Assembly: GCA_047495785.1 (NCBI GenBank)
Contig: JBLDXI010000054.1
Location: 3,906,001 to 3,970,000, forward strand
Length of the DNA: 64,000 nt
Reading direction: 5' to 3'
Origin: Lepidodermella squamata
Taxonomy: Eukaryota > Animalia > Gastrotricha
Shown here: one piece after another, positions 1-11,535 of the stretch
Numbering within the stretch: the first letter of the stretch is position 1
Layout: every line of letters starts with the position of its first letter
Position numbers and translations under genes: made by a program
The notes under the pieces: model-generated
Seen by the model: only the letters and a program-made list of their open reading frames with translations
The model's database searches: none
What the model was told of the DNA's origin: nothing

Positions 1-1608
1 TACAGGGCACGATTTGAAACCGTGAAATCGCTTCGCCGAGTGGAGAATGTGAGGGTAAGCTGTTTGCAGCCGTTTCGTCATTATTTGGTCAGCTCTTGCG
101 TCGGAAACTTCTTGTAAGCAAACGATATCAGCCGCGGGGCAATCACTCGGCATGGTGATGTTGGTGGAAAACCCGACGCCGGTCACCGAAGCTACACCTC
201 CGCCTATAGACTGCATATCACCCCCGGCTTGGACGGCGGCTGAAGCGTCGATTGAGGCGGAATTAGTCGCCGAAACTGGGTTAGCTTGCGGTTGTTGCAC
301 TGATAGCAATTGATTACTAGGCGCAGGTTCGGGCTCCGGTTCGGCAGGTAACACGGGTACCGGCAATTCGACCGGGGCTGATTGAGCGTGCCTCGAATTC
401 CTTTGACCAGCCTGCTGTTGTTGTTGTTGTTGTTGTTGTTGCTGTTCATTACCTGACCCACTGCCTATTGACAGCACAGCCGAGCCATTGTGATAACCAT
501 TATGTAAGCTATGCAAGTTATTGGGGGCGGCCAAGGCAGGTATGCCGTGGACCCGAGACGAAACCGACATTGTCGACGGATTTGGCTCGCTTATCCGACT
601 TCTGCTTTCCGAATTCAGACTTTCCAACGTGTGGCTGCTTCCAGGTAATGTTTCAACGGTCAACTGTTTGATCGGCACGTCAGATTTCAAGGTGATACAA
701 GATTCGGTCTTTTCATGACCTGCCGCTCGCCTCTGCCACATCCCTTCGACACTACGAAGAGAAGCAATCGTCATTTGGTCAGTTGCGACTTGTTGCCCGC
801 CACTGCTTGTACCGGCGCCAACCGAGTAACTGTCTCCGTTCGGTAGGGCGGCACCTCCATTCACGTGATGCCCATTCACGCCGCTGATAACAACATCTAC
901 AGCCGTCCCTGAGACTAAACTGCGATTTTCTGATGTGTTATCGCCGTAATACGCGGCGGATTTGTCGAGGAATCCGTAACTGACTTGTGATATACTGTCG
1001 CCATGAGGTCCGCCGACAGCAAAAGAACCTTTCACAGATGGTTCGCCATGATTTGTCTTACTATGGCCAGCTCCTACTGAAGCGTGGACGATTACACTTG
1101 CTATTTGACGAGCACGCCGGCAGACGTGTCCCAAATTGAAAGTTCTCGAGCGGGATTCAGGTAAGAGTTTCGCATTGAGAGATAGTAATGTAACATTACG
1201 ATTCGCCAGTAGTAAAGGTCCGGCATTTTCCTTCGAGGCAGGGCAACTTGTCGTATACAAAAACGGATTCCGATATCTCAAGGCGATTAGCCACAAAAAG
1301 TAACCAATAATAGTGAAAGGCAGCCAAACGATGACCAAAATAATAGCAAAAACTATAGTAAAAAAAACAATTGTAAAAAATTGACCTCATTCAGAAAGAC
1401 ATGAGTAATTACTGAAAAGTAGGCCGAGAATGCAACCCCTCTCGTAACAGGGTCCTTCGTGGATTCGCCATTCGCGTTCAGCAGTAGTCTCTCGAAGGTA
1501 GCTCAGGATTTTATTTACAATCCAGAATTGCGGGTATTTCAGCGCACTGCCGACCGCAAAAACTGCGTGGGCAAAGCCGCTGTTGAAGGGCTTTTCATAA
1601 AGCCGCAT
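1..1608 (-). CDS. SMPD3: Neutral sphingomyelinase 2 / SMPD3-like, 5' part (runs off window start)
   Basis: N-terminus MRLYEKPFNSGFAHAVFAVGSALKYPQFWIVNKILS..TTAERE resembles SMPD3 MVLYTTPF..ALIFPCYWLVDRL..TTYEKR. After one intron (~1411-1353) the frame reads IVWLPFTIIGYFLW..LLSLNAKLLPESRSRTFNLGHVCRRARQIA, then a long low-complexity stretch with polyQ that appears to stay open towards the window edge. Confidence 0.8.
415..441. repeat. (TTG)n trinucleotide repeat encoding polyQ in the SMPD3-like gene
   Basis: ctgttgttgttg...; read as CAA codons in the minus-strand frame. Confidence 0.85.
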
Positions 1609-1721
1609 GGAAATGAGAAATCGGCCGTTTTTTCGTAAAATATTTAAAAAACTATGAAAAAAGCAATAATTTTAATTTTCAACTCGAAAGACAGCACGTT
1701 GAATGATTGATGTCAATGAGT

Positions 1722-2453
1722 CTAGCGATGTTGGCAGAACTGGCTTCGAAATTCGTATATCCCAACCGAAGCGTTCAAGTCTTCGTCGTAATCACACCAT
1801 TCTTTTGTTGAGAGATCGACGTCTTTGAATACTTGATCACTATCCGAAGTCACCAACCATCCTTGCTGTATATTTTCAACGAATTTGCTTGATCTGGGTT
1901 ATGAAAAAACAGGCCTTACCGACGATTCAAAGTCAAATGGTTCAGCGCCACGGCATTCCAGCTCAGCAACAGTCTGAAAAGCTTCGTCGGTGTTTGTGTA
2001 AGGCTTGATGGAAGGCCGGTGAATGTCTAATAATGGCCCTCTCTCTGTATTTGTTAACGTTTGTATCAGTACCTACCAATAGTTATCTCGCGAGAACACA
2101 TGTGACATTTCATCGCGAGGTTAACGTTAGAGCGGCGAACTTCGACTTGCTCCTTAATAAATAATAAATAACAAATAATAAATGAGTTACTTATAAAACT
2201 CACTTCGAGAGTGATATATAACGCCGACTCAGTCTCCCAGCTACAGTTTCCGCAACGAATCTATTAAAAAAAACATAGAACCTTTGATCGAGTAGGAGTG
2301 AATTGAGCTGTACCTTGAAATACCAACGAAAATCATCACCACATGTAGAAATGGCTTTGACGTTTTCCAAGCGCGCGGAAAGTTGCAAAGCGTATTTCTG
2401 GAGAACATATCATAAGATTCAAAATGCTTACAACTGCTGCGGCTTACCCCCAT
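1722..2453 (-). CDS. CZIB: CXXC motif containing zinc binding protein (C1orf123/DUF866)
   Basis: Spliced MG|KYALQLSARLENVKAISTCGDDFRWYFK..RCGNC..MKCHVCSR..ECRGAEPFDF..EWCDYDEDLNASVGIYEF; short GT-AG introns. Confidence 0.9.
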
Positions 2454-2728
2454 GAAGAAAGTTGACAGACTGTAGCAATATAACACAATTAAAATATCTA
2501 AAATAGAAAATAAAACTCGCGTTAGGTAAAAACAACTTTATTCATCTTCATTGGGTAGTCAATATGGGGCGCTCTAAATCTTCCAGAGAATATCGAATGA
2601 CCTAATGTTGTGATGTTGATATCTTATTGATCAATAAATTTGACATTGATAGCTTCCACTCAATTATCAGCGTCTTTAGTTTTATCGGATATCCTGCATT
2701 ATTTTCAACAGAGGTGGTTTCATAGATA

Positions 2729-3003
2729 CTACTTCAGGTGCTTGAATAAGGTTTTGGCCACACAGGATTCGCGGCAGTTAAGAAAATCAAATAGTTCCTG
2801 CTCGCAAGTTTCACCAGTCGACGGGTTAGCATTCACGCGTTCGGTGCATGTACCCAATTCAACAGCGAATTGGCGGCATTGATTATTTTGGGCGCATTTG
2901 TCGCGCAAGATTTGCTGAGGGTCCTGCATTCAAGTTGAAGACAACTATAATAGGTTTAGCAGTTCAATAAGTCCTGACATACCTCAACAGGCTGTTCGTC
3001 CAT
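2729..3003 (-). CDS. UQCRH: Cytochrome b-c1 complex hinge protein
   Basis: MDEQPVE|DPQQILRDKC..C..CTERV..ETCEQELFDFLNCRESCVAKTLFKHLK; hinge Cys pattern; one intron. Confidence 0.93.
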
Positions 3004-3761
3004 TTCGATAAGACCAAAAAATATCAGATATCAACGTAAACCTATGAATGGTAAGAAAAGAATAATCAATAAATAGCAGACCCCGTGTCAAAATTGTGTA
3101 AACTTGTGGAAAATCCTAACTTTTTGAGATAGAGAAAGGAGAAAGCGTAAATATTATCATTTTCCCTATCATGAGGTAGTGTCTGCAGTCTAATGTCTGA
3201 TGTCTGGAAATTTTTCTTCAGGACCCCGAGATGTCCGATGTCCGGTATAACCCATAAGCCATCTACTCGGCAATCTACTTTGCCATCTTTCTAAAATTCA
3301 AAACCATGGCAGGATAGCATCCAAGATGGAAGATAAAAAACACTAATAAAAGTTCAGGAAGATCCCCCTCATCCCTTTACCCCATATTTCGTCTTACAAA
3401 CAATTATAAAAATAATACATCAGAATAAATCATCAGGGTAATAATTTGAGTGAACTTTGTTTGGCAATCTCTATTGAATAAATACGGACAAAACCAAATT
3501 AGGACAATTTTCTTATCAATGACCGGTTTTCTACGGCCCAGCCGAAAAAAAAACGCTTGAGAATGAAGCTGTCTCTGGTCTTAGCAGCTTCCTAGGTTCC
3601 AAGTTAAGGGGCTATATGACATTACAGTTAGTCGGATTTGTTTTTATAATTTAGCACCAATATTCTCTGACCGGTTGCAAGCCGCTTGCAGTCTGTTTTG
3701 TTGAAGCGAAGGTAGAAATTAGATCGAAAGGTTTCGTGTGAAAGCATTGATCAATTGATAG
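3004..3761. promoter_or_regulatory. Probable bidirectional promoter between the UQCRH-CZIB-SMPD3 and ALKBH7-ARPC5-PIGU clusters
   Basis: Only sizeable gap between two divergently transcribed clusters; contains GCCATCT/AAGATGG (YY1-like) motifs at ~3258-3330. Confidence 0.55.
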
Positions 3762-4476
3762 ATGTTAAGACAACTTTATCGAAAGTATCCGCCGCATCTG
3801 AAATGTCTTTGCCGAAGTTTATCGAGTATACCTGACTGCAACGTTAATTGTTCATCCCCCGACGCGAAAAAAGAATTATTACAGTCGATGCAGCTGCACC
3901 TTGATTTCATTTCGGAGAAGGAGGAATCCTCCCTCTTTCAAGAAATAACTCCTATGTTTAAACGTCTTCGTTACCAGCAAGATCATTGGGACAGCGCAAT
4001 CGTCGGTTATAGGTAATAGCGTTCATCCTTTTTTGATAAGTTGAATTTCCGGAACTAATTATAGGGAAACTGAAGTCAGCAAGTGGAATACAGCCAACAT
4101 GACTGTTATCAATAGAATTTTAGAGAAAGCGGGCCTAAACTCTGTCGATAAGCCACTTGCTCATGTACACGTTCTTGATCTTGAAGCGGAAGGGTTTATT
4201 AAACCTCATGTCGACAGTGTGCGTTATTGTGGAGATAAAATCGCTGGTGTCAGTTTATTGACCGATGCTATCATGAGATTCGTTCATACATCTGATAAAG
4301 CTAAAGTATGTGACGTTCTTTTGTCCCGCAGGTCGCTTTACATCATGTCAGGAGCATCTAGATATGATTACACTCACGAAATTCTTCCATCTAAATCGCT
4401 ATTTAATGGGGCTGAAATTGTAAAGGGTCGGCGAATCGCGGTCATTTGCAGGAGTAAACCTAATCCGACTGACTAA
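3762..4476 (+). CDS. ALKBH7: AlkB homolog 7, mitochondrial 2OG-Fe(II) dioxygenase
   Basis: RYQQDHWDSAIVGYR|ETE..HVLDL..IKPHVDSVRYCG..SRYDYTHEIL..RRIAVICR; HxD..H..R motif; one ~52-nt intron. Confidence 0.95.
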
Positions 4477-4519
4477 CGTAACTTACATCCTTTTCAATAT
4501 AGATCGTTAAATTATTGAA

Positions 4520-5063
4520 ATGTTGCGAAAGCAGGCCTCAGTTTCTGTGGCGGATAGTTCGCAGTTTCGGAAAATAGACGTCGACGAATATATCGAAGCT
4601 GCTTACAAGGAAGATGACGACCAAGGAGCGCAGGAAGGCGGACCGAATGAGGCTGAAGTTTACGCTCTTCTTTCCAAGGTGGGTTTCGATTGATACTATA
4701 ACTGGAAACTCTCTAGTGATCATTTTGTTATTTCAGGGAGACAATGCGAATGCGCTTCTGTACGTAATCAAGAGCGCCCCGCTTGGCTCGAAAGACCAAT
4801 CAGTCAAAGACAAGGCGTTTTCTATGGTTATGCGAGTTCTTGTTGCTTTCAAGGGTTCCATGGAATCTGTGGACCCGGTGATTAAGCGCTTCGACGTCGA
4901 CCAGGTTGATACAATGATGAAATATATTTACCGGGCGTTTGCGTCGACCCCGGACGAAAATTTCCCCAGCTATCTTCAGTTGCTAGCCTGGCACGAACGA
5001 CTTTTCGCCATCGGTGGTCATGGTTGTATCATTCGAGTAATGACCGATCGCAGGAAAGTGTGA
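4520..5063 (+). CDS. ARPC5: Arp2/3 complex subunit 5 (p16-Arc)
   Basis: QFRKIDVDEY..GPNEAEV..|..DTMMKYIYRAF..LLAWHE..GGHGCIIRVMTDRRKV; one intron. Confidence 0.95.
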
Positions 5064-5450
5064 AGCTTCGAAATTGGTCATTCGATTTTGTCGCCACAGC
5101 TTGTCTCTTTACCGTATCGGAGTATCGTGCTTCTATTAGCTTGTCCAATCTTTGCAATAATGCTGATGATTGTATAATTGTGTCTTTTCTGTCCACCTGC
5201 TTGACGATTCCCCATTTTCTATTTGATTGTATCTGATGTACGAATTATTATCGTTTAAAAGAAACACAGCCGGCGACACATGCTTTCTTATTCGTTTTGT
5301 GCTTGATTATGTAAAGTTTATAACTACGTCAAAGAGACTCGGAATCGTTTGGCTGCGTGAAACCTGCTAACGATTCTTGCGAAACTGCTTGAAATAAATA
5401 AACAAAGAACTTTCGATTTTAAATAAAGACTGCTCTTTTGATTCTAGAAA

Positions 5451-7011
5451 ATGCGTCTGTTAATGGTTTTATTGCTTGGCTTTGCCATTCGGACGTTGCT
5501 GAATCTGTTCGGCGCGAGTTCGTGGTTAGAGGAACGATTTGAACTTGCGTCTCCTGTTACGTCATGGAAAAGAGGTATTAATAACCCCGAAATCAAAACA
5601 CTCGATTAAGTGTGTTGTTAAATCTAGCCCAAGAAGCCGTGTTTCTCAGCCGAAACAATTTGCCGCTCTATGAGGGCGACGTGTCTCATTTTCCACCGAT
5701 TTTGGTCAAGATTTTCCAGACTTTGATCGGGTTATTCGCGAAAAACATTGAATTCGTTTTCATGGTAGGTTTAGACCTGGTGAAAATTTAGTATCTGACT
5801 GATTTGTTTAAAGATCGCTGACATCGCGACGGCTTACATTCTTCACTTGGCAGCGACGAATTTCAGCAAGGTTCAAGCTAGAGCTCAATCAGCCGCCCTT
5901 TCTCGCCACGGAACCATGGAGCCAGCCGATTATGCCGAGTTGCAACTGTCTCCTGCTGCTCAAATGATGAAGCCATTCAACGTGCTCACCTGGGCTGCGT
6001 TCAACCCGTTTTTGATCTTGGCCTGTGTTGCTAAATCGACTTCGACTTTCGACAACCTGTTCCTAGCGTGTTTTCTGCTGTTTTACAGCTCAGCTAACCG
6101 ACTACTGGCCGGATTTTTCCTCGCAATCTGCTCTTACATTTCGGTGTATCCCATCGGCTTGTTGCCAGCACTTTGCCTGCAAATGTGGAAAGCTGACAAG
6201 GTTCAAATTGCGATGGCTCAAGCTGACAAGGCTAAAGTTTTCAGCCGAAGCGATATGATCAGCTCATGCTTCAAAACAGTAACTTGCTTCATGGGCTCAT
6301 TGGCTGTTCTACTCCAGGTTTCTTACACTATCGAACCAACTGGAAATTTCATCTCATCAGTCTATGGTTTTATGCAAGTTTCTCAGATGGGTATGCTGAA
6401 TTTTCTTTGAGTAATTCCTTTCACAGTTTGGGAGCTCCTGATGCCTCGCCGAATCTCGGTCTGTTTTGGTATTTGTTCGCTGAGATGTTCGACCACTTCC
6501 ATCAGTTTTTCCTGGTTGTGTTCCAACTGAATCCTTTCATCTACGTTCTGCCTCTGACAATCCGCCTTAGCGACGACCCGATTTTCTTGGTCCATCAACT
6601 GATTGGAATTTTCGCAATTTTCAAGTCGTACCCGACCTTGGGCGATATCGGCTTCTTTATCAGTCTCATTCCGCTGTGGTCTCACCTAACCAAATGTGAG
6701 AATTAGCTTGCCAAAATAAGCCATTTTTATTACGGATTTAATGTTTAGATATGAGGAACGTATTCATTGTCACGTGCATGTTTGCTGCTGTGTGTATCCT
6801 GGCCCCGGTCTTATTCCAGCTGTGGATTTTCGCGGGAGCTGCAAATGCGAACTTCTACTTCGGAGCTACTCTCGCCTTTTCAACTGCTGAAATTTTCCTG
6901 GTCACCGACCTGCTGTACGCCAGGCTGCGCGCGGAATTTCACACAGAGATCGGTTTTGCGAAGCCTATGATTCCGAACACTGATCGACAGGCTCTGCTGA
7001 TGCTGTCCTAA
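5451..7011 (+). CDS. PIGU: GPI transamidase subunit PIG-U
   Basis: ERFELASPVTSWKR..YEGDVSH..FNPF..PNLGLFWYLFAEMFDHF..KSYPTLGD..ANANFYFG; four short introns, one of them GC-AG. Confidence 0.95.
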
Positions 7012-8070
7012 TTTCTACGGCCAAGCTGAGACATTTTTCATATTTATTCATCGAATCTGCTACGTTTTGAACTCGTTTTTCGATATATTCCTTGAGTTGT
7101 GCTGACATGCTCGAAAGATGCATCGAATTTGTGTTTGGATTTCTTTCTGGAAAAGCTCTACGGCAATATTGTGAAACTTCCCGGCTTTAAAAGCTAGTGT
7201 GTTGATATGCTGTGACAATTTTATTACCCTCTTGAAGTCAAAATAAAACGACAGTTGGCTTATATACGAATATTTTTAAGGTGGCTCAGTGAGATTTTTC
7301 CTTTCCCTTTTGACTTAAACAGGAAAAGCAGGAGTAAAAAACGACGATTTTTGCTTTGAAATTCAGGGTTCAGCTTTTCAAGAAGTATGATCCATGTTAC
7401 TGAGGTACCTAGCGCTATCAATGAAAAGTACGTAAAGTAATATGTACCCACCGATTTTTTCAAACTTTCCACACCAGTCTCCACACCGATTTTAGCGCAA
7501 TGTTCTGCTGTAAAAGTCAATTATTTGTATAACGATTATTTGCGATGAACTTGGCCATGACTACATTAATTGCATCGCAAATTCTCTGGGTGGTTCTGCG
7601 TTCTGAATCCCAGAGTGCGACATCGTAAAAGTACGTCCAGAAGGTACCGTTAAGTTTGCTAGTTGCTAAGCTACTCTCGGAAATGACCGGGCCTGATTTG
7701 CGTGCAGAGTCCTGAGTCAGGAAGTCTCTTCGCCTCAGCGCCGGTCAAAGCAGCTCACACTCGTAAAAAAAGTGCAGCGACAATTTCTGATAGAGGGCGT
7801 GCCATTGTAAGCCTAAAACGAGCCAAAAAACGCAGAATACAATTAATAATTAAGCCAAGTGCGCTTTTCTTTTCCTCATCAGGGCGATACAATCATACGA
7901 CATTTGAAGTTCTTTATAGAAATAGCACGCAGGTGCAGTATTGTGATACATATTTCGCAGTCTATTATAGAAGCAATCAAAGTAGCAAAACCGATATGCC
8001 GTGTAGCACTTTGGGAGGTTGCTACTACCGAATTAGCCGCCCGTTTTTACGGCAGCAACAGCAATAAACT

Positions 8071-9808
8071 ATGAACAGGCGATTTTTCTACATATTGGCG
8101 GTCAACGCCTGTGCACTGTTCATTGTTATATCTGTATTCAATATATTCACAACTACTACGCAACAACAAAAGCACATTTTGATTCCGGATAACCAGCTGC
8201 CGAATTTCCCCGACGATGAATTCATCACGGCTGCCGATCATAGCAACGAAACACCCATTCACGAGACATTCAACACTTTTCCGACCACTTCGAAACCGAA
8301 ACACTTACTGTTCAAGAACGCAGCGCGGTCTAGCTACGAATTTCAATTATTCGCCGTCAGTCCAAATTCAGGTTGTGCCAATTCAACAGCGAATTCGAAA
8401 AGCATCGACTATCCTTTGATTTCCGAGTTTTCCGGCAATGTCAAAACTTCGGTACTGTTCGATTTCTCTCCTCTCGTCGACGATCACGTCAAAAAGATGT
8501 TCAGCCAAAGCGTATTGCGCGAGCCATGGTTCGAAGTCCACCCGTTCCAGGTCGCATGTATTCCATCGAATCCAATCGCTGATGGAGGGCTGTTTTGCGC
8601 CCTGAGGGTCTGGCTTAGAATGGATCGATTTATGATGGGGAAGGATATATCTGTAGTCAGGAACCGCTTTCAAGACAGCTATCTATACACTTGTAAGCTT
8701 GACAAAAATTTGAAATATTTGCAAGGTTCTGGCGACCTGGTGGGAATACCAACACCGGTTCAGGACATAGCTTTCACTGGACCTGAAGATCCAAGGTTGG
8801 TTTCCATCAATGGATCACTTTTCGTCAACTACATCATGGCTCACAACGTTGATAACGTCCGCTATGCCTTGAGGTTGGTTTCATAAAATCTTGAATTTTG
8901 AGGAAAATGTTTTAATTATATTACAGGCGTCAGTATTTGTGGAGTATTGATAACAACGTGCTGCACAACATTCAAGTGAACCGATTCACGCTCCAGGATT
9001 GGGAGAAAAACTGGACGCCTTGGATAATGAACGATACGCTGTATTTCGTTTATCAATTCACGCCTATTTTACGCGTGCTTCGATGTGCCATGCAAAAGCC
9101 GCCAGATCGGAACGTCGATTGTTCGTTCGTAGCCGGACAGCCTCAATACCAATCTTTATCATCAACTAGTAGCATGCTCCTGAGAGGAGGATCGCCATTG
9201 GTTCAATATCGAGGGGACTACTACGTCGCTGTTACCCATTCAGTGCAAGGATTCGAAGGTGCTAGAAGTAAGAATTCTCGGCTCGTTGTCGTGGGATATT
9301 CTAAAATTTCGATTTCAGTGTACGCTGCACAGTTTGTTCTGATAAATTCTGCTTCCATGGAAATTGTGATGGTCTCATCTCCGATATTCGTCGACATCGG
9401 ATTGATGACGACAATTCAAAATCTTGCCAGCCCAACAATAAAATTGCCATTTGTCTACGCCAGAAGTGTGATCGTCGAGAATCCGAACAGTTTCATCGTG
9501 GCCCTTGGTATAAATGACAATTTCAGCTTTCTAGTTCGAATCGACGGCGTTGAGTCGATATTAGGTATTGATTTTTTTTGCCAGAGCCTATTGTTTTACA
9601 ATTCTTTGGTAAATTTTAAGGCGAAGCGATTGCAAGGGATCAAAAGATCTTGGCGCAGCGTGAAGAAACGACATGCCGTCGCCAGGAGAATCAGCAACAA
9701 AGTGAAAGGTGGCGAACTCAAATTTACTCGCAGATAAATGATTGGCTACGAAACAAAAACCTGGCTGAAATCCTCAACCGATTTCAATATCGGCCAAGAT
9801 CCCAGTAG
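8071..9808 (+). CDS. Type II membrane beta-propeller glycosyltransferase/phosphorylase-like protein (GT91 beta-1,2-mannosyltransferase / GH130-like)
   Basis: Short N-terminal tail, TM segment and stem, then motifs GPEDPRL, WEKNWTPW, LRGGSP, LGIND; three short introns; last exon assembled to TAG at 9806-9808. Confidence 0.65.
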
Positions 9809-10087
9809 TGTCTTTAGCAAAAATATTATGTTCTAAATATGTTCTTCTCGCGCAAGTCTGTTCATGTGATTGATTCTTTTGAGGAATGAAAATGTCAGTC
9901 GTCATCACGTATGGTCGTTGTTTTTAAGCCAATGCGTCATTGAATAGCGAATCAAGTTTTCATCCCTCGCTTAAGTGAATAAGGTTGTGTTTATTTCGGT
10001 TTTACTTCTTTTAACTTCGCAAAGCCAAGCATACATGTCGGAAAATAGCCCATGTAGACCATTATATTCCGCAGCCACGAAATGTTT

Positions 10088-11353
10088 TCAAATTTTGTAA
10101 AGAATCAGTGGAACGATTGTGTTGATGGTTAATCCGAGGAAGAATGTGATTCCATCGGCAACACGAATGTCGAATTCAAGACCTTCGGCCGTGCTGTGAT
10201 CGAACAAATTTTGCATCCAAGAACCTCGATGGTGATCCAAGGTTAGCTGGCTAGCTGCCCGCTTGCTAGAGCTTAGCAACGGCTTAGCTGATGATTCTTC
10301 ATGCTGGTTATGATCACCAGCTTTGCGGCGATAGCGGCGGTATTCTTCGATAAATCGGTAGATGAAAACTGATTGCATCGTGAAGAGGACGGAAAAAAAC
10401 AATTGTATCATCATCGTGGTGACAAGGACTGGCGTTTCTGAATTTGGCGGAACTGTTTCCGCGACGTGTTGGGCAAAGAAAAAGAAGGCTAGGGTTAGCA
10501 ACAAATTGTAAGTGATTCGCTCCTGGCCGTGGGGTTGTAAGCAGCCAGCTAGCAGAGCGATCAACAAAAACACGTCTGGGTAGATCAATTTATAGACGTA
10601 ACTGCTTGGAATTCGCTGTAATTCCAAAGAGCAGGTGATTGCTGAAAAGTTATCCCGTTTACTCTCTTGGATAGCCATATGGGTGATACGCCAAGTTGGC
10701 GAGCTTCGAGAAATTATGTCCTTGTTGCCGAAATAGATCCACGAAGGTTCAGCTCGCAATTTCAACCGATCTTCGCGAAGATTCCACGCCGTGAAAATGT
10801 ATTGGCAAGTGTGTTTATCGAAGGGGAAATACCGAAAATTCATTGCACAGCGTGTTTCGAAAACGCCCCCAGGATACCACGAAATCTGCCCGGTTGAGAC
10901 GTTGGCGCTGACTTTTTGGCTCGACTCGTCGTAGTTCGGGCGGATGCCACGAGGATCATTAATCTGCCCAATGTTCGGCGTCCAAATATTTTTCTTTCTA
11001 ATAGTTAGCGTTCGGATTGAATTGCCTGATGGCTTTGTGCTATTGCGGTGAACGGACGGATCCCTCCAAACCAACAGTTGGTATCCTGATAGGGACATCT
11101 TCTGGTTGACATCGTCGACGCCGTGGAAAGTTTGAACTACAAAGCTGAAAAGGACTGTGAGCGGCTTGTTAGGACTCCTAATCGGCGGAATATCTATTCT
11201 CTCTTGAAAGTCAGAACATGAACAGGTTTAAGTTGAGTTTTGGAATTCAGGAAAGATACCTGGGGAATAATGAAACTTTTCAATCAATTGCCCATAGATC
11301 GGCAGAATCGACACAGCAATTAAAGCAACTAATTTTCCGAAGAATTGATGCAT
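10088..11353 (-). CDS. Divergent non-alpha nAChR/5-HT3-like Cys-loop ligand-gated ion channel subunit
   Basis: Signal peptide MHQFFGKLVALIAVSILPIYG, one intron, then PPIRSPNKPLTV..WRDP..IWTPNI; Cys-loop CAMNFRYFPFDKHTC (C-x13-C); four TM segments with GQER before M2 and VPPNSETPVL. Confidence 0.9.
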
Positions 11354-11535
11354 ATTTCATATTTGATTTGATATTCCCGTATAAATTGACTGAGTTTCAG
11401 CTTCAACAAGTGGCTATAATTCTAGTCACATTCCTGAAACTAATCTCTCCAGACGCTCTCGACGAGAAAACTTTGCATTTATTCGCTGGTTAAAATCAGT
11501 TTGGAACACACATCTACAGAGCTGGTTTATTAAAA

